The notes beneath the pieces were generated by a model. The model had not been told where the DNA came from, did not search any database, and worked only from the letters and a program-made list of their open reading frames with translations. A stretch of 64,000 nt of DNA from contig CBDCJO010000002.1 in NCBI GenBank assembly GCA_965217865.1, forward strand, positions 4,384,001-4,448,000. The letters run 5' to 3'. The DNA is from Candidatus Latescibacterota bacterium. GTDB taxonomy: Bacteria > Latescibacterota > UBA2968 > SICM01. A program made the translations under genes and the position numbers. Positions 52,071 to 62,856 of the stretch are shown piece after piece; within the stretch, counting starts at the first letter, position 1, and every line of letters begins with the position of its first letter.

Positions 52071-52228
52071 AGTACGACACGTTCCAAAAAGTGTGCAAAG
52101 CAAAAGGAAGTTACACGGAAAAGCAATAATTCAAGATCTGAGAATACATTGTGACTTTCGGAACACGCCCATAGTACTGCCGTGGACCTATTCGAGGTGA
52201 TTGGGATGCGATACACAAAGGAGAAAGC

Positions 52229-52606
52229 ATGGGCACAATTACAAAACCAAAAATCACGGGTATGAGTCCGCAATTCCTCGTTACAGACATTGAGCGCTCA
52301 ATTGATTTCTACACGCAGAAACTTGGCTTCGAGGTATATTTTCGATATGAAGACTTTTATGCCGGCATTCGCAGAGATGGTCACTCCATTCATCTCAAAT
52401 TGGGAAAACTGACCCAGGAAGAACGATTGAGCCGCAGAAACAACGAGCATTTGGATATTACTTTCTCGGTCGAAGGGGTTGATGCCCTACACGAAGATTT
52501 TAAGATGCAATCCGTGGAGGTGACGCAGCCGCCTCGTGATATGCCATACGGTCGTGAATTCTATGTTTCCGATCCCGATGGTTATATCCTTGCCTTCCTC
52601 GAATAG
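52229..52606 (+). CDS. VOC/glyoxalase/bleomycin-resistance family protein
   Basis: VTDIERSIDFYTQKLGF, DMPYGREFYVSDPDGY. Confidence 0.92.
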   Translation: MGTITKPKITGMSPQFLVTDIERSIDFYTQKLGFEVYFRYEDFYAGIRRDGHSIHLKLGKLTQEERLSRRNNEHLDITFSVEGVDALHEDFKMQSVEVTQPPRDMPYGREFYVSDPDGYILAFLE

Positions 52607-52682
52607 TGACGAACGAAGCCTTCCACCTGTCCAGGGTTTCGCTGTCGCTCTATCCCCGTGGTGAACGTTATTGGCATTGGAG
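52607..52682 (+). other. Degenerate attC-like site
   Basis: GACGAAC immediately after the stop codon; TTCCACC / GGTGAA arms pair with one extrahelical C. Confidence 0.4.
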
Positions 52683-52726
52683 AATAAAGATCATAATATT
52701 TGTACGCTACAACACCGGGAGGTATC

Positions 52727-54418
52727 GTGAAATTCATCCCTGACCAGATCGATTTTTTCCTCCGGAAGCGTTCCAGCCGGCACAATCTCAAAATTCTGCT
52801 GTACCTGTTGCTGGTGTTGGCAGGTCTTATCGCGATCTTCAGCGTGATTTTTCACCTGCTCATGCTCCAGGAAGGTAACCAATACAGCTGGTTCACCGGG
52901 GTATACTGGACGCTGACTGTGATGTCGACCCTGGGATTCGGGGACATTACTTTCACCCAGGACCTGGGAATGGCATTTACCATGTGCGTCCTTATGAGCG
53001 GTGTTGTATTCATGCTGATCCTGCTGCCTTTCACCTTCCTCCAGTTCTTCTACACTCCCTGGATGGAAGCCCAGTACGAATCCCGCGCCCCTCGTAAGCT
53101 GCCCAGGAAAACTCGCGACCACGTCTTGCTGACACATTACGACCCGGTAACCAGCGCTCTGATCAACCGATTGGACCACTACCACTATCCTTATTTCCTG
53201 CTGATCCAGGACATAGGGGAAGCGCTGAGCCTTTACGACTCGGGGTTCAGGGTGGTCCTGGGGGACATTGACAATCCGGAAACCTACCGGAAAATGCAGG
53301 CCGAAAAAGCAGCCCTAGTGGTCACCACGGCCAGCGATATGGTCAATACCCAGGTGGCCTTTACGGTGCGGGATGTGAACGAAAAAGTGCCGGTCATCGC
53401 CACGGTCGATGATCCGGCTTCGGTGGACATTCTCCAACGGGCCGGCTGTTCCCACGTACTCCGGCTGAGCGAGATGCTGGGGCAATCCCTGGCGAGGCGG
53501 GTTCACGGCAGCGCGACCAAGGCGCACGTAATCGGCCAGTACGACCAGTTGCTCATCGCCGAGGCCACGGCCGCTGGAACTCCAATGGTCGGAAAAACAC
53601 TGCTGGAGATTGGGCTCCGCAGGCAGTTGGGCATCACGGTTGTGGGTATCTGGGAACGCGGCCAGTTTCAGACCGCGCTTCCGGATACAAAGGTCGGTCC
53701 GCACACCGTTCTGGTCCTGACCGGATCTCGGGGGCAGCTGGAAAAATTCGAAGAACTGTATTGCATCTACGGAATTTCGGCGGCTCCGGTGGTCATCATC
53801 GGAGGGGGGCGCGTCGGACGGGCCGTGGCCCAGGCCCTGACCGAGCAAGGACTTGACTACCGCATCATCGAGCAATCGCCGGAGCGCATCCGTAATCCCG
53901 AGAATTACATCGTGGGCGACGCTGCGAACCTGGAGATCCTGAAGCAGGCGGGAATCATGGAATCGCCCACCGCAATCATTTCGACTCACGACGACGATAC
54001 CAATGTCTATCTAACCATTTACTGCCGGCGTCTGCGCCCGGACATTCAGATCATCACCCGGGTTTCAGCAGAGCGGAAGATTGCTGCGCTACATCGGGCT
54101 GGCGCGGACTTTGTTATGTCCTACGCGTCGATGGGAGCCAATGCCATATTCAATCTCCTGGAGCGGAGCGGTACCATGATGGTGGCCGAAGGTCTGGATG
54201 TGTTCAAAATGAAGATGCCCCCCGCCCTTGCGGGGAAGACCATCGCCGAGTCTTCAATTCGCCGGAAAACCGGCTGCACAGTCATCGCCCTCAACGTCGA
54301 CCATAGCATGGAGATCATTCCGGACCCAAACCAACCCATGCCGGCGGAGGCGGAAATCATCCTCATCGGCAGCGTAGATGCCGAAAATCGCTTCCTCGAA
54401 AACTACGTGACGGATTAG
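52727..54418 (+). CDS. Potassium channel protein with tandem TrkA-N/TrkA-C (RCK) domains
   Basis: TMSTLGFGD-type filter (VMSTLGFGDI), GGGRVG, two RCK pairs. Confidence 0.92.
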   Translation: MKFIPDQIDFFLRKRSSRHNLKILLYLLLVLAGLIAIFSVIFHLLMLQEGNQYSWFTGVYWTLTVMSTLGFGDITFTQDLGMAFTMCVLMSGVVFMLILLPFTFLQFFYTPWMEAQYESRAPRKLPRKTRDHVLLTHYDPVTSALINRLDHYHYPYFLLIQDIGEALSLYDSGFRVVLGDIDNPETYRKMQAEKAALVVTTASDMVNTQVAFTVRDVNEKVPVIATVDDPASVDILQRAGCSHVLRLSEMLGQSLARRVHGSATKAHVIGQYDQLLIAEATAAGTPMVGKTLLEIGLRRQLGITVVGIWERGQFQTALPDTKVGPHTVLVLTGSRGQLEKFEELYCIYGISAAPVVIIGGGRVGRAVAQALTEQGLDYRIIEQSPERIRNPENYIVGDAANLEILKQAGIMESPTAIISTHDDDTNVYLTIYCRRLRPDIQIITRVSAERKIAALHRAGADFVMSYASMGANAIFNLLERSGTMMVAEGLDVFKMKMPPALAGKTIAESSIRRKTGCTVIALNVDHSMEIIPDPNQPMPAEAEIILIGSVDAENRFLENYVTD

Positions 54419-54494
54419 GCCCCGGCTTGGTCCCGGCGAGAAAGGCCCCTGGAATTTCAATCAGGGTTCTCAGGCAAATTGAGGATGCGAGCGC

Positions 54495-55688
54495 ATGACC
54501 TATCGAGATTCCGCATTCCTTCGCAACCACATAACGAGCATCATCTCATTTTACCACCCTAATTGTATCGATAGAGAATTCGGCGGCTACATCAATCAGC
54601 TCCGCGATGACGGCACGATTTTCGACCGGATGACCAAACATCTCGTTGGAACGTGCCGTTTCGTTTACAACTATTCTCTGGCCTTTATGGTCCTCGACGA
54701 GCCGAAATACCGGGAGGCCGCGGAACATGGTTTGAGCTTCCTCAAGGAGACACACCGCCAAGTCGATGGCGGGTTCGCCTGGATCCTGCAGGGTCGCGAG
54801 GTCGATGACGGCACGCGCCACTGCTACGGGCACGCCTTTGGGCTTCTGGCAGCAGCCGGAGCTGCGAAAGCCGGCGTCGACGGCGCACGTGCGCTCGCCT
54901 CTGAAGTCTACGATCTTCTGGAAGCCCGTTTCTGGGAGCCGGGAGCCCAACTCTACGTCGATGAGATCAAGGCCGGCGACTGGAGCGCGATTGACCCTTA
55001 TCGCGGACAGAACGCCAATATGCACACGTGCGAAGCAATGCTGTCCGCCTTCGAAGCAACCGGCGAAGAGAAGTATATAGACCGCGCACACACGCTGGCG
55101 AAGCGCGTTTGCGTCGATCTTGCCGCTGGATCTGACGGACTGATTTGGGAACACTACAAGACGGATTGGACCCACGATTGGGACTACAACAGGGAAGATC
55201 CCAAGAACCTGTTCCGCCCCTACGGCTATCTCCCGGGCCACTTCACAGAATGGGCCAAGCTGCTACTGATCCTCGAGCGTTATCGCCCCGAACCCTGGAT
55301 GTCGGAGCGCGCCCAAAGCCTCTTCGACATCGCTTTGAAGAAGAGTTGGGATCACGAGCGCGGAGGCATGCATTACACGTTCGCGCCGGATGGGCGTATC
55401 CTGGATACGGATCGGTATTACTGGGTGATGTCCGAAACAATCGCCGCCGCCGCACTCCTGGCGCTTAGAACCGACGATTCCCGTTACTGGGACTGGTATG
55501 ACAAAGCCTGGGAGTTCTCCGATCGGCATTTCGTCGATCACGAATACGGCGGGTGGTACCGCATCTTGAATGAGGACAATCAGAAGTACGACGATAAGAA
55601 AAGCCCGCCTTCCAAAGCGGACTACCATCCACTGGCTGCCTGCTACGAAATCCTGGAGGCAAAACGACGCGCAGCCGTGGCCGAATGA
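54495..55688 (+). CDS. AGE-family epimerase/isomerase (mannose isomerase-like)
   Basis: YGHAF, RGQNANMH, PGHFTEW, YWVMSE, DYH. Confidence 0.9.
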   Translation: MTYRDSAFLRNHITSIISFYHPNCIDREFGGYINQLRDDGTIFDRMTKHLVGTCRFVYNYSLAFMVLDEPKYREAAEHGLSFLKETHRQVDGGFAWILQGREVDDGTRHCYGHAFGLLAAAGAAKAGVDGARALASEVYDLLEARFWEPGAQLYVDEIKAGDWSAIDPYRGQNANMHTCEAMLSAFEATGEEKYIDRAHTLAKRVCVDLAAGSDGLIWEHYKTDWTHDWDYNREDPKNLFRPYGYLPGHFTEWAKLLLILERYRPEPWMSERAQSLFDIALKKSWDHERGGMHYTFAPDGRILDTDRYYWVMSETIAAAALLALRTDDSRYWDWYDKAWEFSDRHFVDHEYGGWYRILNEDNQKYDDKKSPPSKADYHPLAACYEILEAKRRAAVAE

Positions 55689-55869
55689 TCCACTACTCCT
55701 CCTTATCTATCCTTGTTCAGTCTTCGGCCAAGCGCCTTTCCAGACTTCGTCACATGCTATGACCTCTGCCTCAGTCCGGTTCCCGTGACGACTCCCGCCC
55801 CCCCTTCGGACAGATCCCGGATATGAACACGAATCTTTGACCCAACCGGGCATTTACCCTAAACGGAAG

Positions 55870-56802
55870 ATGAAAATGAAAGTCCTGATAATGCTCCTTA
55901 CGCTGCTATCGGTCCCATACTATGCTGAGCAAGCTGCTGCTGCCGACGACGATAAGGTCAGGCTGCAAGTTAGCAGTGAAGAACCTGTGGAAGGAGACGA
56001 CCAGCAAAAAAGGGAGACGAAACAGCTTATGAGAGAAATCGTCATCAACCTTGCCAAGGGTCTCGGCATGATGGCAGCACTTCTCGTTCTTTTATCCATC
56101 GTCCCGCTTAAGAGAAATATCGTCATCAACCTTGCCAAGCGTCTCGGCATCATTGCAGCACTTCTCGTTCTTTTATTCATCGTCGCTTTCATTGTGGAAG
56201 GAGACGACCCGCAAACAGCCACAACTTGGCTTATGAAAGATATCGTTATCAACTTTGCCAGGGGTCTCGGCATCATGGCAGCACTTCTCGTTCTTTTTCT
56301 CATCGTCCCTCTCGTTTTCACCGCAGTCCTCCGCTGGTCGTGGAAAATGACCATGCCCCACCTATTCAATCTGAAGGTTGTTCCTTTCTGGCAGTTCTTT
56401 CGCCTTCTCCTCATGGTCTTCATGCTGAGTATGATCTTGAACGGGGGTGGCAGCATCCTGCGATCGGTCCGATACTATGCTGAGCAAGTTGCTGGTACGA
56501 GCGATGATAAGGTGGTACTGAATAGCGGTAAAGACCGTGTGGAAGACGACCCGCAAACAGCCAGACAACAGCTTTTGACCAATATCGTACTCAAAGTGGC
56601 CAAGGGTCTAGCACTTATCATCCTATCATTGATCCCCACTGTAGTCTTCCGCTGGCTGTGGAACATGACGATGCCCGGCGTATTCAATTTGAAGGTTATT
56701 ACTTTCTGGCAGAGCTTTAGCCTTCTCCTCATGGTTTTCATGTTCGGTATGATCTTGAACTGGGGTGGCGGCAGCATCCGGAAAGGCCTGATACCTCTAT
56801 AA
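55870..56802 (+). CDS. Hypothetical membrane protein built from internal duplications
   Basis: IVINLAKGLG-type repeats and two WxWxMTMPxxFNLKVxxFWQ modules. Confidence 0.7.
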   Translation: MKMKVLIMLLTLLSVPYYAEQAAAADDDKVRLQVSSEEPVEGDDQQKRETKQLMREIVINLAKGLGMMAALLVLLSIVPLKRNIVINLAKRLGIIAALLVLLFIVAFIVEGDDPQTATTWLMKDIVINFARGLGIMAALLVLFLIVPLVFTAVLRWSWKMTMPHLFNLKVVPFWQFFRLLLMVFMLSMILNGGGSILRSVRYYAEQVAGTSDDKVVLNSGKDRVEDDPQTARQQLLTNIVLKVAKGLALIILSLIPTVVFRWLWNMTMPGVFNLKVITFWQSFSLLLMVFMFGMILNWGGGSIRKGLIPL

Positions 56803-56839
56803 GACCACACGCCCGAATCTCTGAAAAGGCACCCCCGCC

Positions 56840-58072
56840 GTGAACCGTAAACATGTCACATTTTGGGCCCTCTACGATTTTGCCAACTCTGTCTACCCGG
56901 CAGTCATTACGGCAACCGTTTTTAGTGTCTACTTCACCACGCAGATTGTCGGTAACGAAACGGGGCTTGGCGACTTGTGGTGGGGACGTGCGCTCTCGGT
57001 CTCAATGCTGTTCGTGGCGCTTTCATCGCCACCCCTGGGCTCGGTTGCCGATCGCGCGGGAATTCGAAAAAAGATGCTCTTTTTCTATACCTACCTCTGC
57101 GTGGCAAGCGTTGCCCTTTTCACCACCATCGAGCCCGGGATGATCCTGTGGGGATGGGTGCTTGTCGTGGTCGCCAACATCGGATTTGAGGGTGCCCTCA
57201 TCTATTACAACGCGTATCTGCCGGACATCGCACCTCGAGAGCGCCAGGGTCTGGTTTCAGGAATCGGTTTCGGTGTGGGTTATGCAGGCTCGGCCGTCGG
57301 TTTACTCATCGCCCTGCCGCTCGTAACACGTGGGCGATTTGATCTCACATGGCTGGCCGTGGCGGGGTTCTTCGCACTTTTTTCAATGCCCATTTTCCTG
57401 GGACTCCCGCCAGACAGACGCGGAGATCGGACCATCTTACAGGCAGCGATCGAAGGGATCACCGGATTCAAACGTCTGGTGGCCGATGTCTTGAAGCTGC
57501 GCGAAATGCGTCGTTTTCTTATGGCTTTTTTTGTCTATATTGATGGCGTAAACACCACGATTTCCTTCTCAGCGATTTTCGCGGCTACAACGCTGGGTGC
57601 GTCTCCAAAGGAGTTGATCTACCTCTTTCTCGTGGTCCAGGTATCGGCTCTGGCAGGTTCCTTTGCGCTGGCCAAACCCACCGATATTTGGGGGCCAAAG
57701 AGAGTCATTTCCCTAACCCTCATACTTTGGACCACGATCGCCTTCATGGCCTACTTCGTCGATTCCAAAACCGTGTTCTTTGTGATCGCAGTGTTAGCGG
57801 GTACCGGGCTTGGAGCTGTGCAGGCCGCCAGTCGGGCGTTTATGGCAGCACTGATACCGAAGGGAAAAGAGGCGGAGATGTTCGGTTTCTACGCGTTCTG
57901 CGGAAAGTCCTCTTCTGTAATCGGACCGCTCGTTTTCGGTGAGATCTCTCACGCGTTCAACCAGCGGGCGGCGATCCTGTCGGTCGCGCTGTTTTTTCTC
58001 GTCGGTCTCGTGTTACTCCAGCGAGTCAAAAGTCAGAGACCAGACGTGGCGCTCAGTCCGGATATCGAGTGA
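56840..58072 (+). CDS. MFS transporter, UMF1/ATG22-like
   Basis: WALYDFANS, YYNAYLPDIA, GFGVGYAG, ASRAFMA, EMFGFY. Confidence 0.9.
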   Translation: MNRKHVTFWALYDFANSVYPAVITATVFSVYFTTQIVGNETGLGDLWWGRALSVSMLFVALSSPPLGSVADRAGIRKKMLFFYTYLCVASVALFTTIEPGMILWGWVLVVVANIGFEGALIYYNAYLPDIAPRERQGLVSGIGFGVGYAGSAVGLLIALPLVTRGRFDLTWLAVAGFFALFSMPIFLGLPPDRRGDRTILQAAIEGITGFKRLVADVLKLREMRRFLMAFFVYIDGVNTTISFSAIFAATTLGASPKELIYLFLVVQVSALAGSFALAKPTDIWGPKRVISLTLILWTTIAFMAYFVDSKTVFFVIAVLAGTGLGAVQAASRAFMAALIPKGKEAEMFGFYAFCGKSSSVIGPLVFGEISHAFNQRAAILSVALFFLVGLVLLQRVKSQRPDVALSPDIE

Positions 58073-58233
58073 CCGCACGTGCATTCCCCGCCACGCAGAA
58101 AATCCTTGTCCTTCCCGAACCCTTCGACGAAGAAACCGGAACCCACCCTCACCAGGTGGCCTCAGAGTCTGAACCAAAGGCCATTCTGTCCCGCTATGTA
58201 GAGCTTATCGAACAGGCCTATTCGGAGTAGCTT

Positions 58234-59538
58234 TTGCTGCTACATATCCTGCGTCCCATCGTCCGGCTTGCTCTGTGGATTTTCTTCCGGAAAATCGACA
58301 TCAGGGGCCGCGACCGGGTCCCTGAAGGCAGGCCGCTCATCTTTGTGGCCAACCATCCGAACGTAATGCTCGACACCCTGATCCTCGGGCTCTACGCCCC
58401 GGAAAACATGCCACGCTTCCTGGGGAAAAGCACTCTGTTCAAGCTTCCCCTCTATGCTTGGTTCATGCGCCAACTCGGTGTGATTGCGGTCGCACGCAAG
58501 CGAGATGAGACCTCCCGGATGTCCAGCAACCGGGCAATGCTGAGCGCCGCCTGTCAGACCCTCCGGGACGGTGGTTCCCTGGCGCTCTTCCCCGAAGGCA
58601 TAAGCCACGCGGAAACCAGGGTGCTCGAACTGAAGCCCGGGGCCGCGCGGATTGCCCTGAGGTGCGAAGCGGAAGCGGAGGGCCGGGCCGGAGTCTGTAT
58701 CATCCCTGTGGGCCTGACCTATTCAGATCCCAGACTCTTCCGGAGTGACGTGTCCGTCCACTTCGGTGAGGCCATCGAAGTCCGCAACTTTCTTGATGCC
58801 GAGCAGGAACTGACGACGCGGACCCACGAGAGCCTCGCTTCCCTGACCCGGCATATCGACGATCCCGATCTGGAAACCGTCATCCGCGACCTGTCTGCGA
58901 TCTACACCGAGAACGTCGCCGCTGAACTTCAAGACTCGGCCGACCTCAGCAAGAGGCTCCGCGCCGAGCAGGAGATCATCCGGGCGGTCCATTACTTTGC
59001 CGACACCGACGCCGAGCTCGTCCAGACCTTTGCCACGCGGGTTCGGGCGCACCTTCGCAAACTTAAACGCCTCCGTCTCGATGCCGATACCTCTCCTGCG
59101 TCATCCCCCCCTGCCGGACATTTGCTGCTCGCCGTGGTCTTCTCGCCTCTGACGCTTTATGGGTTCGTCCATAACGCCCTCCCCTATTACCTCCCACGGC
59201 TCTTTGTGCGCCCGCATCGGGACCAGCCCGAAATGATCGGAACGGTGAAGATTGCGGCTGGTTTTGTCGTCTTTCCGCTTTATTATCTGGCCCTCATCGG
59301 AACGGCTTATCTGCTAACGGACCTCCGCACCGCCTTCCTCTATGGGTTCACCTTGCCGGTCAGCGGCCTGGTCACCCTCTTATTTGACGAGCACATCCTA
59401 CAAAAATGGCCTCTGTGGCGAGGCCTGGTGTTACCGCGGAGACGAAGGTATTACCTGAAACGGATGTCTCGAGAGCGTGAAGCCATCATTCGCGACCTGG
59501 ACACCATCAAGGAACGCTATCTCGCTCTCCAGTCCTGA
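58234..59538 (+). CDS. Lysophospholipid/glycerol acyltransferase family protein
   Basis: NHPNVMLD (HxxxxD), FPEG, C-terminal TM helices. Confidence 0.9.
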   Translation: MLLHILRPIVRLALWIFFRKIDIRGRDRVPEGRPLIFVANHPNVMLDTLILGLYAPENMPRFLGKSTLFKLPLYAWFMRQLGVIAVARKRDETSRMSSNRAMLSAACQTLRDGGSLALFPEGISHAETRVLELKPGAARIALRCEAEAEGRAGVCIIPVGLTYSDPRLFRSDVSVHFGEAIEVRNFLDAEQELTTRTHESLASLTRHIDDPDLETVIRDLSAIYTENVAAELQDSADLSKRLRAEQEIIRAVHYFADTDAELVQTFATRVRAHLRKLKRLRLDADTSPASSPPAGHLLLAVVFSPLTLYGFVHNALPYYLPRLFVRPHRDQPEMIGTVKIAAGFVVFPLYYLALIGTAYLLTDLRTAFLYGFTLPVSGLVTLLFDEHILQKWPLWRGLVLPRRRRYYLKRMSREREAIIRDLDTIKERYLALQS

Positions 59539-59667
59539 TTCCCTTATGAGTTAGATTTCCGGTAGTGCAGGAGACCAGTACCCGTGGTTCAATGTCATAA
59601 TGTGTGGGATTGACCCGGATCGCGGACCGTTGGCCCGCACGATTCGTCCGAATTCAAACCCAGCCCG

Positions 59668-59955
59668 TTGGACTGGGCAAAGGAATCACGAGCCGTTGGC
59701 CCGCTGATGCGTCCGAAGATGATGAAGCTGTTCATCGAGCACGGTGCGGATCTTGACGCACGTGATGAGGAGTATCGGTCAACACCAATATGCTGTGCAG
59801 GACGTGGGGGAAAAAGGAAGCGGTGTCGATGCTGCTGGAGCGGGGGGCCAAAACCAACCTGCCTGACGATGAACCTTGGGCGACGCCGCTGGCCTGGGCT
59901 GAGAAAAAAGGGGCATGCCGAAATCGCCAACATATTACGGGGACACGGAGCGTAG
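59668..59955 (+). pseudogene. Ankyrin-repeat fragment with two compensating frameshifts
   Basis: LFIEHGADLDARDEEYRSTP / EAVSMLLERGA...WATPLAWAEKK / GHAEIANILR, split over two frames. Confidence 0.7.
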
Positions 59956-59974
59956 GCAGAACAAGGAATCAAGC

Positions 59975-60446
59975 ATGACACACGCAAACGATGCAGTCGG
60001 TCGTGATGACCCCTTTGGCTTAAGTCGCTTCATCAGCGCGCAAGGCCAGGGTCTACGATCGTGTTCTTACGGAGTTAAGAAGCGGCCAGAAAAGAACGCA
60101 CTGGATGTGGTATATATTTCCTCAGCTTGATGGATTGGCACACAGCACAACCTCAAAACAGTATGCCATAAAGACCATTGAAGAAGCTCGACATTACTTG
60201 AATCATCCAGTTCTTGGACCAAGGCTGTTGGAATGTGCGGAAACGGTTCTCGCCATTGAGGGACGATCAGTTTCAGAAATCTTTGGATACCCTGATGATC
60301 TGAAGCTTAAATCGTCCATGACACTATTTGTATGTGTCGCAGATCCAGGCTCCGTGTTTGTCCGTGTCCTTGATAAGTATTTCCACGGAGAGCGAGATTC
60401 CAGGACGCTCCAGCTATTTGAGGAGCTCAAGGAAAATCGGGGTTAG
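59975..60446 (+). CDS. DUF1810 family protein, +1 frameshift near 60043
   Basis: DPFGLSRFISAQ, then in the other frame GQKRTHWMWYIFPQ, HPVLGPRL, PDDLKLKSSMTLF. Confidence 0.85.
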
Positions 60447-60550
60447 GCGTTTCATCGCGCGAAGCCCATACAGCCTACGCGATCCGGAGCCATTCCACAT
60501 TCGTGCTTGAGGGCACACCGAACAAGGCCGCCTCCCCCCTCGGCATCACA

Positions 60551-62038
60551 CTACCATGCCGGCTCGCCGAATGACATGTGTTCGATCTCCAGATGGTATC
60601 GATCTTTCTTAACTTTGCTGGTATTGTCCGAGTCTTGCCCCGTCTGATGTACGGGCGTAGCCAGGGCGTGGATACTAAAAAGTACTGTCGACCCGGTGCG
60701 ACCAAAGGAATACAGCGAAAAGGTTTCTGGACCAGCATCGCCCTCGGCTGCCTTTGCGGAATACCGGCGCAATTGCTCCAGGATCGGATCGGGAGATCTT
60801 ATAATCTCGATGAGCCAATTCCCAAAACTGTGTTCACCGGTTTCCGGATCCCACTCCACTGTTCCCGGGATTACCTTCGTTACACCTGGAATTTCTATAC
60901 CCGACAATTCCAAACGGAACCGCTTAACATATACATGGATCAATTCGTCAGTTTGCGGTCTTCCTGCTTGAGGATCCGGACCCGATACCTGGAGGCGTCC
61001 TGGAGACAAACTCAATTGATGTAGCCCAATACTTCCTTCACTCGGGTCCGTGTCCGCATGGGGTGGCACATAGGACATCGGGACACAATCTTCGTAGACG
61101 AATGATTTTTTTCCGGATCGGTCTCGGGCAAGTTCAGTTATCACTATGGAAGCAGGTTCACCCTCTCCGCTAATCCACGACCGGACGGCATCCTCGATAG
61201 CTTTGTTTCCCGCCACACAGAGCGAAGTGATTACAAGATCATCAATTTCAGGCACCCCCTCCACACCCACTGCGTCATGTTTGTCAGATCCACTTGTAAG
61301 TCTTACTTCTGAACGTTTGGCAGATCCGCCGCAAGGCCTATCGACGGTATGGATCGAGCGGTACGATGTGGTCCCGAAAACCCACGAGCTCAACCCTGTA
61401 CTGTCCCGGCGTTGCATCGGCAGTCCGGATGGAGGCGTCCCGCCGCGTTCCCCTGGCCTTCCCCATGCCGATCCTGATCCCCTCGGTGGTTCCCTCCGGG
61501 TCCTCTGAAATGACCCGGATCTCCTTGAAAAGCCCGAGGCCGTCACCATAGATGGAGAAGGAGACTCTGCCGCCGTCGGCGGGTGTGGTGATCCGACCCG
61601 GCTCGACCCGGAGGGCATTCTCTTCTTCACCGACGTCTTCTTCCCCTTCGTCACCTTCTACGATCACCTCAAGATCGAGCTGAACGACGTCGCCCCGAAA
61701 ACCCAAGAGCTCCCCACGCTGTACTGTCCAGGCGTAGCGTCAGAAGTGCGGATGGACGCGTTGCGCCGCGTTCCCCGGGCCCTCCCCATGGCGACCCTGA
61801 TCCCCTCGGTGGTTCCCTCCGGGTCCTCCGAAACAATCCGGATCTCCTTGAAGAGTCCCAGGCCGTCACCGTACATAGAGAAGGAGACCTTTCCGCCATC
61901 GGCGGATAGGGTGACCTGACCCGGCTCGACCCGGGGAGCATCCTGTGCCGTGACCCGGGGTGGAGCTGAGAGCGCTAGGGCCAACCCCACGATCAACCAG
62001 AGATGTGCTTGGTTTCCATTCCTCGAACACTCCATCAT
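60551..62038 (-). CDS. Secreted protein with two ~100-aa beta repeats and two phage-tail-tube-like domains; two frameshifts (near 61713 and near 61350)
   Basis: SD GAGGAGG, signal peptide ending VTA-QD, duplicated RVEPG...ATPGQY module. The C-terminal half has the gp19-like pattern. Confidence 0.55.
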
Positions 62039-62409
62039 ATCCTCCTCGTGTTAAATTGCTTCCTTAAAAGGAACTTTTGCCCTTTGTATCGAGTAAAATA
62101 GTAATTAGCTTCAAGGTACGCAATGAATATTGACGAGTGGAAAACCGGCATAATACTCCGAATGCTTGAAAAAGCGAAAAAGGCCTTTATGGATACCATC
62201 GTGGCCTGCTAATTTGACCGGTTTGGACGATATCTTTTGGGGGAAGGTCGAGCGAAATCCTGGTTCCTTGTAAGAGTGAGAAGGGTTATATATTCTGACC
62301 TAAACCTGACCCACAAGAGGAGAGATGGAGCAACTGTCCTCAAACAGTGACCCGTGGCCTACGCTTCGAAAATAAAACGGACCGAGTTGCAGCATAAACA
62401 AAATCCAAA

Positions 62410-62793
62410 TTGAACGGAGATAGTCGAGTGGCCATCATCGTTTCCATCCTTGGCGGTCTCATTACTCTGAGCGGGATAATAGGTATAGCAAAGCCCCACC
62501 GTCTGATTAATCTTATCGAGCATTGGCATGGTCCCACTCGATTCTGGATAGCCATTCTTGTCCGCGTCGTACTCGGCGTTGTTCTGTTTGCCACCGCGCC
62601 AGCCTGCCGGCTTCCTATGTTTGTTCGTATCGTTGGCGTGATCTCGATTGTGGCGGCCCTGGGAATTCTAATTCTTGGTCGCACACGGTTAGACTCTTTC
62701 ATTAGATGGTGGCTGATACGTCCTGCACTCATTCGGATTTCGGGGTTCGTGGCGGTCGCTTTTGGAGTCTTATTGGTATACGCAGGGGCTTGA
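62410..62793 (+). CDS. Hypothetical 4-TM membrane protein
   Basis: Four hydrophobic segments. Confidence 0.7.
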   Translation: MNGDSRVAIIVSILGGLITLSGIIGIAKPHRLINLIEHWHGPTRFWIAILVRVVLGVVLFATAPACRLPMFVRIVGVISIVAALGILILGRTRLDSFIRWWLIRPALIRISGFVAVAFGVLLVYAGA

Positions 62794-62856
62794 GAGAGAG
62801 CGCTGCTAGGTGGACACTTGAGGGAGTAGCCCCAGAGCTACAGGGGAGGACAAACA

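Noticed and set aside
60551-62038. Prophage or complete eCIS locus
   Set aside because: No sheath, baseplate, spike, capsid, terminase or integrase genes are in the window.
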